Under the pieces are notes generated by a model, which was not told the origin of the DNA, did not search any database, and worked only from the letters and a program-made list of their open reading frames with translations. A stretch of 64,000 nucleotides of DNA from Amoebophrya sp. A120. Taxonomy: Eukaryota; Protista; Dinoflagellata. Positions 25,701-37,344 of the stretch are shown here, piece after piece; within the stretch, counting starts at the first letter, position 1; each line of letters starts with the position of its first letter. The position numbers and the translations under genes were made by a program. The DNA lies in assembly GCA_905178155.1 (NCBI GenBank), contig CAJINV010000007.1:1248627-1312626 (forward strand), in the 5' to 3' direction.

Positions 25701-26482
25701 AAAATTCTCGTCTCGCTCGCGTTTTTGCAGACTTTTGTGCTGTATGCTCTGCAAAAGTATCGTATTCGTACTAATCGCAGCACAGCATGACAAATCTAGC
25801 TTGTTACCAGAATCAGCATCACAAATTGCATCTTCCCTGCTGCAAAAATTTGTCATGCTATTTCTACTGGATCGATACTTTTGCAATGCATATGCGAAAG
25901 CTGATCCTCGTGGACGTATTTGGGCTGCTGACCGTGCCGCAGGAGATGCTGTTTTACTCCACACTGACGACGATGGAGTGTCTACCGATCGCGATTTATG
26001 CAAGAAAAAAACTGTCGTGTGAGTGTAAGTCAAAGTCTGTGACACAGAGCATGCAACACACTTACACTTGTCATGCTGGAAGTGCGTCATAGCCATTGTT
26101 CATAGTACGTGTTTTCACGTACTAGCTGCGCACGATGTAATGCAAAGCGAGCTCTTTGTGACGCTGCTCTTCCAGTGGTACACAGTTGGGCGTACACAGT
26201 TTTTTTTTCTTGGATACGGTTCTGCACATGAAGGCCTGGAGCCACACCAGCGAGTGGTATACGGACCCGGAGTGGATGCTCGGTAGCGCGGACGCTTCTC
26301 TCCACAACTCGCCCCGGGGTTCGGCCGCTGGGACGGCAGAAAAGCCAGACTCTAATGCGAGGAAAATAAGCCCAGGAGGTGCGCGGGGGCCGCGCGTTAA
26401 TCTGTTGGAAACTTCTAGTACGGGGGGCACGGATCACATAAGGGGGTCGTTGGTCAAACCGCTACTTGTGGAGAATCAGTAG
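22707..26482 (+). CDS. Organic solute transporter alpha / TMEM184 family membrane protein, 9 exons (all 8 introns are TIR elements)
   Basis: Spliced motifs QLADLYEAWAIWCF, GAGFV|ASCLALYNI, PFWKFWGAKILVSLAFLQ, TMECLPIAI|LHMKAW are typical of OSTA/TMEM184; several TM helices. 5' end uncertain. Confidence 0.82.
22865..23174. mobile_element. Introner, family A
   Basis: tatgccttgcagatatgatgtctgggtc...gacccagaggtatttgccgtgcata; DR tacca/tacca. Confidence 0.88.
23806..24086. mobile_element. Introner, family A-like
   Basis: tatgcagtgcaaac...tatttgcaaagcaca; DR tgcgt/tgcgt. Confidence 0.85.
24137..24342. mobile_element. Introner, family C-like
   Basis: tatcgcaagggaaaaacaactgtttc...gaaacagttttttcgtgcgata; DR acagc/acagc. 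Confidence 0.88.
24380..24623. mobile_element. Introner, family C
   Basis: tatggaggaaaaatactg...cggtttctttcctggata; DR accag/cccag. Confidence 0.82.
24692..25049. mobile_element. Introner, family A
   Basis: tatgcattgcacgtgtgtctgtgtctgg...ccagacccagacataattgcagttgaga; DR aggtg/gtgtg. Confidence 0.8.
25290..25597. mobile_element. Degenerate introner
   Basis: taccaagagtgaa...ttcacccttggcata; removing 25291-25603 gives GAGFV|ASCLALYN. Confidence 0.65.
25743..25892. mobile_element. Introner, family F
   Basis: tatgctctgcaaaagtatcg...cgatacttttgcaatgcata; DR tgctg/tgcga. Confidence 0.88.
25997..26216. mobile_element. Introner, family C
   Basis: tatgcaagaaaaaaactgt...acagttttttttttcttggata; DR cgatt/cggtt. 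Confidence 0.88.
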
Positions 26483-26901
26483 CGGAAGCGTGTGTGAAAA
26501 AAGAAGCGAAACAGAAGAGTGCTTTCGACCGGTGTTCTTGTGCATAGAAACAAATACACAGGACCCTCATGATTTTGTTTTTGAGGCTTCCGCTTCAATA
26601 CACAATACCTTCACGACTTGAACAAACATGTGGCGCAACAATATGTTTTCGCACAATGCTTGCGAGTGCCGTGCGTGGTCTGCACTCGAATCTTGCATTG
26701 ATCGATCTACTCCATGAAAAAAACCAAACTGTAGTCGAACAAGCGACTAATACCACGGCATGCTAGAACTTCTGTTATTTACTAACAGAAGTTGCATCTC
26801 CTGTGCGTCGAGGTGTGGACGTGTAACCTACGCTATGGAACAGCTACGTAGAGACAAGCTCTACTTTTCTTCGTAGTTCTTTTTACCCATCGTTTTGGGT
26901 C

Positions 26902-26903
<2 letters not shown>

Positions 26904-26940
<37 letters not shown>

Positions 26941-26968
26941 NAGTTCTTTTTACCCATCGTTTTGGGTC

Positions 26969-27032
<64 letters not shown>
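26904..27032. repeat. (TG)n microsatellite, split by an N with duplicated flank (assembly join)
   Basis: Two TG runs, each preceded by agttctttttacccatcgttttgggtctt; N at 26941. Confidence 0.9.
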
Positions 27033-27039
<7 letters not shown>

Positions 27040-27279
27040 CTTTGGAAGTCCGCAGGGATCTGCTTTTGCCTGATCGACGTTTTTTTGCAGGTGGCTGCTA
27101 GACGATCCGCCTCTTCGCTTTGTCAGACACGTCGGCCCGCACATGTTTTTTCGATCGACCATTTATTTGTGACTAAACCAACCTTCGCGGTTTCATTTGA
27201 AGCTTGTCTCGCAGCCGCTTCGGCGTGCGGAAAAACAAGGCCGGCAGATTTTCGCATTCGTTGTGTTCCACATAGGAAA

Positions 27280-30200
27280 ATGGACGTCCCCTCCACGTCT
27301 CCCCACAACTATGCGGCCATCGGCAATCCCATCACCAGTCCTACGGACGCCACACCCTACTCGGGCGGGAATGGCTGGGACTATTTCCCGATGTTTTGCC
27401 CCATGCGGGCGTATATCAAATGCAAATATGTAGTCTGGGTGGTCTGGAAGCAGGTTACAACATCTGCCATGCAGGTTTCGCATGGCCCAGAGGGTCTGGA
27501 ATGGGAGCGGTCGCGTCACAAGTTTTGAGGAGGCTCCCGAATGCGCTTCCTGCATGAGAGGTGCCATCTTCTGGCGCGCCGAAAATTGAATGTCTTTTGC
27601 TGCTCGCGCAATACAGATTTTTGCATCGTCCAGACGTAGCATGACAAACTCAGCTTCTTCCAGGAGATGCAGACATGTTTGCAATGCATAGCGTGCAACA
27701 CCACCTACATCGCCTACCAGCGCCCGGAGGACCAGCCCAAGTACGTGGAGTCGACCGGCATGAACGGTTTTGTGCAGGTCATGTATATCAACCGCAAATA
27801 GACTCTGTCTGGGTTTACTGTAGGAAAGTTGCCATGCCAAGTTGTGAAGAGTGAAAATAAATGCGCTGCAATTTTTTATGCACGGCCAACTAACTATGAG
27901 AAGTTTAAGTTTTTGAGCGGCTCAGAAGTGTTGCGCATTCCGCATGGCAAACTACGTTTTTGCGTGACAAGCGATATGACGTTTATTTGGTGAGCAACTA
28001 GACCGTATGCAAATGCATCACCACCTTTACACTCCTGTCTGACGAGAAGCAGGAGAATTATCTCCAGACGTCCCAGAAGATGAGTTGCATTCCATAACTG
28101 ACATTCTGTACCAATTTTCTATCCGCGAGCAGGTGGTCATGGATGATTCGTTTTTCTACATTTTCCGCGCGCTGGCGGTGCTGGCGGAGGCCATCCGGAT
28201 TCTGGTCTGCTCCATGCGGTACGAGTTTTGCGCGGCCCAGTCGCCGGTCGATGCGTTCAACCGGTCGGACCCGTTTGCCGGCTTTGCGGCGGTGGACTAC
28301 CACACGCGCCTGCGGAACGAGGCGTGCTCCATCGCCATGAACTCGTTTTTGATCCTGCACAAGCACCTGGATGGCGTCGTGGAGCCGCTGGCGAGCGGAC
28401 GGGTGAACTTCTGCGAGGAACTGTTTTTGAAGGGCGAGCTGACGGAGATGCTGCTCAAAGTGCCCTCGGTCATTTTATCCGAGTGCACAAGCCGAAGCCC
28501 ACTGGTGCTTCCTCCTTATTTGTCATGCAGAATCCCGACAATTATAAGAGCTGCCTTTTGGCACTGTTTGCATGACAGATTGATTCTGGAAGCCCAAACA
28601 GTAGTACTACGCTAGGCACATCACCCTGTCATGCACACCAGGCTCCACGTGATGTGCTGGCTTTTGTAAATTGCTGTTGATGGTGCCAACAACATCGACA
28701 TCGTGATTCGGTACTAGCGCGGTCTGTTTAATAGTAGCCATGCAGATGAGGAAGAGGGGGAGTAAGTAGTTGTGCACCACTCGGATACCTTTTGGACACC
28801 GTCGTGAAGAAGGTCACCCGGGGGGAGACCCCGGAGGAGGACGCGGGTATTTCCAAGCCGCTAGGGAACAACGGGACGAGGTTCGATTTCGAATCTTTTT
28901 TCAACGATACCTATGAATTGCAAAAATGTCTGGGTCTGGAAGAATGCAAGATTTGTCATGCATATTTCTCATGGCCAATAATGCCTGTAATGCACGACCT
29001 AGTATGACAGGTTTTTAGAACCCTTCCTGATGCGCCTTCCGCATAAGAAATGCCGTGTCCGCGTAGCACAAACTGGACCCCTCTTGCTTGTCACGCAATA
29101 CAAATTTTCCTAGAATCCAAAAACAGCATGACAAGTTGCGACCTTCCAGACGCAGACCCAGACATTTTTGCAATGCATAATACCCGGCACTACCGTGACG
29201 TTCCCTACGACGCGCGGATTTTCGCCCACATCCGCTACCCCACTGTGTTATGCATTGCAAATTATATGTCTGGGTGTTTTTTTATTCCTGGATCTGGAAG
29301 TACATTGGCATTGCGCCTTGTGATCATACCAGATACTCGAGCACACAAAAGTTGTCTACTATTCCATAGCAGCACTGGCACTCCAATTCTTCCAGTCTCG
29401 CGAAGAACAAATGGGGAGCGGTCATGCAGGATAGTCGACATCAATGAGCAAGGGCCAAAAATGAGCAGTACACTCCTTGTAAGACGATCACTTCTACATG
29501 AAACTAGATCTGCATGACTACTTACACGATTTCATCTGCACGACTTCTCCAGAACACGACGACCAGACACGTTTGCAATTTGATGCGAGTGGAGTCCGAA
29601 TAAGATCTGCAAGCCCCTGCTGTTTGAGCCGGTGCTACCGGGATACGAGACCAAGCCGCTGGTGAACTGGCAAACCATTGTCCGGCTGTTTGAGCACCGG
29701 TGGGTCTTGAACTTCGGGGCGGCCGACGGCGCTTGCGGGGTAATCGGCGACTGGAACCACGACCCCGCGAACTGCCTGCTGCAAAACAACCGCAGTGGCA
29801 TGGTGATCGAGGGCGATAAGGACCGCATTCCGGACCTAAATGCCACCTTCTTGAACCACACCTCGCTCACACGGTTCTTTCGTCCACTGGCAATCGAGAA
29901 TGTCATCGCGGTATCCATTGCAGATGCCTACTACTACATGTCTGGATCTTCATGAAGATGTCTCCTGGATGGTGCAATAAACTTGTATTGGCAGGCGAGA
30001 AAGCGCGTGGATGCTGTCATGCACGTTGTGCAATAGTAGAAACCGCGCGGCTTCTTTCATCTTTTTGAATCATGGAAAGCCGCAGGAGCTCAATCTTATG
30101 CGGAGTTGTAGGCAATGTTGGGTGGAACTACAAGCAGTGAGAACGTTTCATCTCATGCGTGGTAGCAGTACTTAGCCGTCGTGTAAGTATCGATGTCTGT

Positions 30201-32002
30201 CGATGCCACCCAGATCATGCCAGCATAGCAAGTTTCCAGAGCCAGACACGTTTGCAATTGATGGGCGGAAATCCGACAGCACGTGGAGACGGTGGAGAAG
30301 CCCAGGCTGCGAAAAACGTTCGAAGAGATCGTTGCGAAAAACGGTCGAAGAGATGTTGGAAAAGGAGCCCCTGCTCGTCAACAAACCGCTAGCAGCGAGA
30401 AGATTTTTGCGCTCACGGAGGACAAAGCGCTCGCAGACCTCGCGTACGCCCCGGCGCTGCTCAAAATGGACATCGACAATGCCGATTGCTACTACCTGCA
30501 GACGGCCCTTCAAATCGTGAAGCCGCTGGTCATCTTCTTCGAAATCTGGGCCGACATCCCCCCGCCCTTCGACTACCGCGAGCTGCCGCGCAAACCCTAC
30601 GCCCCGGCCCCGCACCACGCACCGGGGTGCAGTTTGCAGGCGTTTGTGAACATTGGGAAGGAGTTCGGGTATTCGTTGACGGAAGTTTTACTCGAAGACG
30701 CCGTGCTGGTGCGGAACGACTTGCTGTTCGGAAAATTTGCGGACCTCGACGCCGAGGAGACGGTTTCCGAGGGAGTAAGTATCCAAGAAAAAAAGTGTGT
30801 AAGTGTAACTTTTTTGCAGAAACAGCATCACAAATTTGCTCTACATGACAGAGAAAACCTGTCATGCGTGGCTTGTAAGGGAAAACACACATGAGAAGAG
30901 GACTTCATGGCTGTCTGGCACGACAGGCGTGAGTCTGTTGCATGTTCTGCAACACAAATTTACACTTACACAGTTTTTTTCTTGCATAGTAAGCGCCCGA
31001 CTGGAGGAGTTCGTCGTACCGTTTCTCTCTGGCGTATGGAAGCGTCAGAATCGAAATTCGCAAAATCGAAAAATTTGTAATGCATAAAATGTAGGGCACG
31101 AATGGCCTGTGTTGGGGAGCAGGCAAATGAGACCGATTACAGGCCTGTTTAGGGGAAGGCGATGCGCTGCCGGAGTAGCATGACAGGAGCAGTCTTCCTT
31201 GCCTAAACAGCATGACAGGCTGGATTTTGTTGCTCCCGAAATTTGTCATGCCCCACATGGAAACTGAGGCTCCAACTGGTATCGAGTTTATGCATCACAA
31301 ACCATTTCGATTTTGTTGATTTCGATCCTGACGCTTCCATATGGCGCCGTCGAAGCGGACCTGCTTTCGACCGAAAATCTTCTGCACGAGGGACGAGGGT
31401 CGGGAGTACTAGACCACAGCGGGTCATCATCATCATCATCATCATCATCTTCACCGCCTGCAGGGACTTCTTCACTGCAGCAGGAGGATGTAGTTTACGA
31501 CACCAGTGAATTTCTGGTGACGTCGCTGGAGCAGCACCGGAGAAAGCCGGTCCCCTACGGCGTGTCGTTCTACGATCCCGCGACCGGGAGCGGCCGGGTC
31601 TACGGCCACCAGCATTTGTATTGCCAGTTCGGGAAGACGACACAGGAGAAGATGATAGGCGAGGGCAAAACTACTTCTACCACCTTTGGTGAAAGAAGTA
31701 CTTCGGCAAGCGATATTAACCGGCCCGCCTACCTCCGAAGTAATCTGACCGAATGCTACCACGACCTGGCGGTGCACGCACTGTACGCCGACGGATTTTT
31801 CTGTCACCCGCAGAGCCGCTGGCTGGTGCGACCTGACAAGATCTACCAAGTCGATTGGTCGCTGCTGATGGACCAAAACTCGCCTCTGCCATTACGGGAA
31901 AACCTGATTCATGATGTGATGCGAGCGCGGAGGTGGCACGCTGGGCTCCGGGGTGCAGCGCTGGAAAACAGGGACAGTTACTACTTGGAGTATCCGAAGT
32001 AG
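27280..32002 (+). CDS. FkbM-like SAM-dependent methyltransferase domain protein, 9 exons (all 8 introns are TIR elements)
   Basis: Motifs VLNFGAADG...GMVIEGD and LLKMDIDNAD...KPLVIFFE...GCSLQAF...GYSL...DAVLVRND; frame restored at all 8 TIR elements +5 nt; start uncertain. Confidence 0.75.
27414..27690. mobile_element. Introner, family A
   Basis: tatcaaatgcaaatatgt...acatgtttgcaatgcata; DR gcgta/gcgtg. Confidence 0.88.
27786..28096. mobile_element. Degenerate introner, family A
   Basis: tatcaaccgcaaatagactctgtctggg...cccagaagatgagttgcattccata; DR decayed (atgta/actga); +5 nt restores frame. Confidence 0.7.
28476..28787. mobile_element. Introner (singleton TIR)
   Basis: tatccgagtgcacaa...ttgtgcaccactcggata; DR cattt/ccttt. 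Confidence 0.85.
28912..29179. mobile_element. Introner, family A
   Basis: tatgaattgcaaaaatgtctgggtctg...cagacccagacatttttgcaatgcata; DR atacc/atacc. Confidence 0.93.
29249..29585. mobile_element. Introner, family A
   Basis: tatgcattgcaaattatatgtctgg...ccagacacgtttgcaatttgatg; DR tgtgt/cgagt. Confidence 0.78.
29912..30263. mobile_element. Introner, family A
   Basis: tatccattgcag...ccagacacgtttgcaattgatg; DR cgcgg/ggcgg. Confidence 0.78.
30780..30988. mobile_element. Introner, family C
   Basis: tatccaagaaaaaaagtgtgtaagtgtaa...ttacacttacacagtttttttcttgcata; DR gtaag/gtaag. Confidence 0.93.
31035..31341. mobile_element. Introner, family D
   Basis: 23-bp TIR tatggaagcgtcagaatcgaaat / atttcgatcctgacgcttccata; DR tggcg/tggcg. 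Confidence 0.93.
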
Positions 32003-34189
32003 TTGTAGGCGAGAAATATATAAAGGCATCTCAGTTCTTGTAGTACCAGAAGCAGACAGGTCGTGGTCGTGCTGTCGCTGTTTGAATGAAACGAAAACAC
32101 GTGATTAAAGATCCTCGTCTCGCGATTTTATGAAAAGAATGAGGAGCAAGGAAAGGAAAGGATCAAGAAGAGGAGGCGCCAGCAACGGCAATACTGTTGC
32201 TGGATCAGCACGAGGAAGGTTTTTGTCTGGCGCGAAATACTTGAGTGAAGGCTGTTCTGCTCCTTCGGTTCGTGCAGTCATTGCTATGGTTCCTGTTGTC
32301 AATGGGGACCACCTGTTTCTACTCGTGGTTTCAGTTCACGTTGTATTGCCAGAGAAAGACATCAACTTTTTGTTCCTGCAGCGAGCGGCGTTTTCCGCGA
32401 TCATGTTACTTATCTTGTAGGGCTTTGTGGTCCCTTTTTTCGCCCGATTCTAGAATAGAAGTCGATCACGACCTAGAGTAAGACTTAGTAATAGTGTGTG
32501 TAGCGATTATACTTCGTTTAGCGAAGTGGAAGTAGACAACGTTGAAGTATGACCACACGTGATCTATCATGGCACAACGTTCAGCAGGGTGGAACTTTTC
32601 CGATGCATTAGCATTTGCACCCGATCAGAAGTCGGGAATGAGGATCTTCTGAATCGTATTCTAGTAACCGCACGAACGAGATAGAAACAACAACGAGGAC
32701 TACAACCATCTGGCATGAAAAGGAAAAACGGAGATCATATTAATTTTATTTCATTTTGTTTGTCGATCCTGTTGTACAACTTTGTTGCTGCGGCGAGCGT
32801 GCGAATGCGTGCGCGAAGATGATTGTGTCACGACACGAACTTACCGCTTGTAACTTACTGCGAAGAGGACCACCCCGACAACATCAACACTCGGCAAGAT
32901 CTCTCTACTTCGTCTTAGAGTAGTGCGTGGTATGGTACTAGTGCAGAGTAGTTGTATAATTGATGAGGGCTTCGAAGAAGATCTTGAAAACTCGGAACAA
33001 CAAGCGCAATGTATATACTTAACTAACAACAATGGGAAAAGGAACATCTTCTACTTCAGACACGTGCTTCTCTTCATCGGGCGACCATTGGAATTCTTTT
33101 CCCGATTCAACAGGAACGGAGAAGCGAAGATCAAATCTGTTTTATATATAGCTGGACGTCGGAGCTAACTTAACTTATTCTTATCCAACCTAGGGCTAGG
33201 AGACAAGCAGGCAGGGCGTTTTAGTGCAGCCGGCCTTAATTAAGAATCCTAGACATTAGCAAGCCCAAGCTGCTGCACACTTACTCTTTGGTTGCTCACA
33301 AGGGAAGAGATCTTCCGCTAGAAAGGGTGCTTCCCCGGGGTGGATGATTGCATTTTGAATTTCTATACGTCGAATTGTATCGATTCATAGAAGCCCGCGA
33401 CGGTGATCCAACGTTTTAGTTTTGTGAAGAAGATAAAAACCTAGTTTCTAATGTTTTAGTATGTAAAAAGAAGGGATCAGAAGCGGCCACAGAACCAATT
33501 TTTCGAAGCGATAGAACCAGTGTGTCCGTACTTGCAGTTTTTTCATTGCAAGCGATCAAATTTTACTGTACTACTAGAGCGCCCGTTGTGAAACTGTCCG
33601 TGGCGCAAGACGACAGATGAAAGAACGGGTCGCATTGAGAATCACTTGTATCATGGTTTTATTTTCAAAGGGAGATAGTTACTGCTTGAGGTTTGAATTT
33701 TGAAACTACTTGAACGTGGTTGGGTTTGTATCGGGCAATTGATTTTGAACACCATTGACTCGACAGGCGGGTTACCAGTGTACCCCATCCGGCTTTATGG
33801 GAAATGATAACTCGACGGTGTGGTTGTAGTAGTAGGAAAATACAGAATCAACAAGTCTAGAAATTCGCTGGTACAAAAATAAAGTAGGTTTGATCATATT
33901 CATAGCTAGAAATCGGAAGAAGTCGCTACTATCCTGCGCGAAAGCGAATCGAGGCGAGGCATAGCTGTTGTGCAACAAGGTGTGACGAAGATAAGACAGA
34001 TGAATACAATTGCAGCTGCGTGCTTATTGTAAATACAAACTGACAATAATATCGATTTTTTTTAAGAGCGTAGCTTATGAAAAGTACCTGTTTTCCGATA
34101 TAATAATTCTTTTCATCATCTCGACTTGCTCGGGCAGCAGTACTATCGAACAATCCGGTGAAGGTCCTTATGCACGAGGAAAGTAGTAC

Positions 34190-34513
34190 TATGGGAGTTT
34201 CTTCAGGTGGGAAATCGACACAGGGGTTGAAAAAGTCTGCGATGCATAACCTCGGCACCAGGCGGATCCGCAATACTTATCTGAGCGGCGCATGACAAAT
34301 TTCGGCAGTTTTAAAATTCAACTTTTCAACATGCTGTTTGGGCAATAAAGAGGACTGATTTCGTCTTGGTACTTTGGCAGCGCTACTTATCGCCCACGAC
34401 CGCACACAGCTTCAGGATCGCCCTCTTTTGCCTGCTCTGCGAGACCTCGCATTTTATGCATTGTAAATGATTTCAATTTTAGTTCTGTCGATTTCGAGTT
34501 TGGGGATTCCATA
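34190..34513. mobile_element. Degenerate family-D element in apparently intergenic DNA
   Basis: tatggga...gaaatcgaca...gatgcataa...gcatgacaaattt...catgctgttt...cgcattttatgcat...gtcgatttc...ttccata, colinear with 8682-8993; no DR. Confidence 0.6.
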
Positions 34514-37344
34514 ACAAGCTCGGGCTGCTGCAGTGTGAAAAGCCATGGGTGGGATCTTCACCATAGAAGAAGCAGCACAAGATGAGTGATTTTATGAAAG
34601 TCATCGCATATGCGGGGAATTTTGATTTCTTCAAAGTGGAAGCAACAGGGTGCATTTATTTTGACAAATCGCGTGCAAGCAAGAGAATAATTTTTGCTCT
34701 GCCTTGTCATGGCTTCGGGAGATGATCTATGCAATGTATCTACTTCGCTATCGGCTTCCATCTTGAAGATCTAAAAACTCTCGCATTTGAGGCTGGCATA
34801 TTCGTAAAGCTATCGAAAATGAGGAATGCTTGTACCGATTGTGAAACATGAATGGTATCAAAGATGAAAGTTCGTGTCCGTCATTATGATCGTGGTCTTT
34901 GCAATTTTGAAAAAACTGTGCCTGTGAAGATTGATGCATGCCAATGCAAGACACAGTCGAGCATCTTCACTTCATCCGTTGTTTTTCTGCATCACAAGAC
35001 AAGTAGAGGACAACAATTACAATTTAGTCATCTGACGCAAATAAAAGTAGTGACAGTGACAAACTTTCTTCGCTCCATACAGGATCACAGCAGCACGTAG
35101 CTATCAGCACGCACCGCCGCGGGAAGTATGTTTATGGAGTCCGATTGAAGATTATGGCTATTGACTTACTGCTATCCTGTGGAAAAGGGTACTAGTACTA
35201 CTCACTCGTTCATGTTCATTGTCATCTGACAGGACTGTCATGTTTTTCCCAGGTCTGGAATAAATTTGTTAGCTAGCGGCCTTTATTCCATATAAAAAGC
35301 CGCACTTGATGTCATGCGTTAGTCCAAAAAAATGAAAGAGCTGAATTTGTCAAGTATATTTGCCATCTTGTTGACTCTGCTGGACCATGGGTGAGTACCT
35401 GTTTTTACGCAGGATAACAGCTATAGTTGAATTGCGAACGCGAAGTATGCTCCACCGCCGCCGTGTCAATTATTCCGCCCACGAGATAAAAAATGGAACG
35501 CAAAATGTTTGCCCGATTTTCTTACGGATTATTTCTGATAGTTAGGGTATTGCCGTATTTTTTTTTCAACAGAATTTCTAAATCGACTGTACTACTTCTC
35601 AAACCAGCGCACGACAATATTTTGTACTGAACAAAAGATAAAAACGGTAAAAAAAAAGCAAGCAAAAATATTGTAGGAAAAATAGCAAGAAACTCCCCCT
35701 CGTCCCCACACTCGAACGGGGACTTGTGACGGCGCACGAAGAGGAGCAAGTTGATATGAAATATTGCATAAGGGACAGCCCCTAGCCCAGGCTTTCTTAC
35801 GCATTTATAATTTGGAGGCTATTTCAGGTGCCAGCACTGTTCCATCTTGGAATATTATTATAGCAGAGGGAACTGGTCGTGTCATCCCGAAAAGCGGGAA
35901 AAATTTTATTCGCTACACAGGCCTAGCATCCGCCCAGGATGTTGCCGGGATGCCATGCAAACGGATTGGCTATGACTGTGTATGTTAGTGCTGCCATCTA
36001 AGTCTCAGTTTGAGAATGGAAAAGGGGGAGCGTTTCATTTTGATAAGAAAAACTTTTCTTTATGTCTCTGAGGAGAACGAGACTCGGCGACTTTACTTCG
36101 CTAAAAAAGAACCGGGCTATCATATCGCACAGCGGCTCCTGAAGGGTCTTTGTCTTTGCGACAGCGGGGCAGAGAGGGGTTGCAACTGGGATTATGTAGG
36201 TTTTTATGTACTTAGTATCCACTGAATACGTCTACGTACCCGTGCCATAGTAAGGATGCAATGTCTGCAGGACAAATGAGATCCAGAAGCTCTTTAACTC
36301 TAGCAGGACAAGTTGGGAGTATATGCAGAGTATGTACTGAAAAATTGTGGCTGGCTGCTCATATTCCAGCAGATCCACAACTCAAACAAATCAATCGCTT
36401 TCATGGTGAGTACTAGGAACGAGCATGATATGGTACGTTTTTGGCACACAGATATGCGCCGTACGAGATTTGCATACAAGCTACGGGGCGGGTACGTTTT
36501 GACACAGGATAAGCATCTAGATAGATTTATTCCTCGATCTTATTTCATACGATAAAAATACAACTTGAAACTCCACTCACCGCTACTTCGGTTGTTGCGA
36601 GCGTGGAGTTTTTTTAAGAAAAGAGATACTTAATTATACAAGATCTGTAAGTATAATTGGTACAATTATTTACTCCACCAAGAACTTCTGCGAAGATCTG
36701 AACTCGCACTAAGCCGCGACAGTCGACAGTAATGAATTACACTCCTCAGTACTAGGCCGCTAGTCATCCTGGCGAACGTACTAGAATTTCACTGCACCAC
36801 CGGAACGGGCCCCGACCAAGCATCTACAGTAGCGGATTTTGTGTGAAGCTTTTCCCACGGTAAAGCGACCCGATTTTTGCGCGAATCCGCTATATTTTTG
36901 GCTCGTAAAAAAGAACCCATCACAGTTTTTTTTTCGTTTGACGGGGGTGTTAGTTTTCTTTACTTTTCAGCCACGACGAGTACTAGCTCGCTGTTGTTTT
37001 CCTAGGAAGAGGGGTGGTACTTATTTAACAGCGACAGGCGTTCGGAGATTCTCTTACGAAACATTTTTCTGCTACTCACTGTCTTCGTCAGAAAAATATT
37101 AGGTACTTCAAACGACATCACGGGCGCAAGCTGTCATCAGTTGTAACCCGGATGACAGGTGGCGGCGCGCGCGGATTTTTTATCCAGAATAATTTCGCTT
37201 GGCCCTTGCGAAAAAGAAGTACACTTATTTATTTCCCTTTGGAACTACAGCACTTTTATTTTTAAGGAACTCTAGCTACACCGTGAAAAATAACAAGAAA
37301 ATGAGTTTTACCCTCCAAAAAGATTGTTCGTAGAAAAAGTAGTC

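Noticed and set aside
26875-27032. Duplicated unit around the TG microsatellite and poly-CV/HT ORFs
   Set aside because: The N between identical flanks indicates a scaffold join; the ORFs are microsatellite translations.
22865-31341. Nucleosome-periodic spacing of insertions
   Set aside because: Exon lengths range from ~30 to several hundred nt with no obvious period by eye; needs genome-wide statistics.
35755-36549. Possible 795-bp element with tatgaaata/tatttcata ends
   Set aside because: Only a 9-bp AT-rich inverted match, with no DR and no family similarity.
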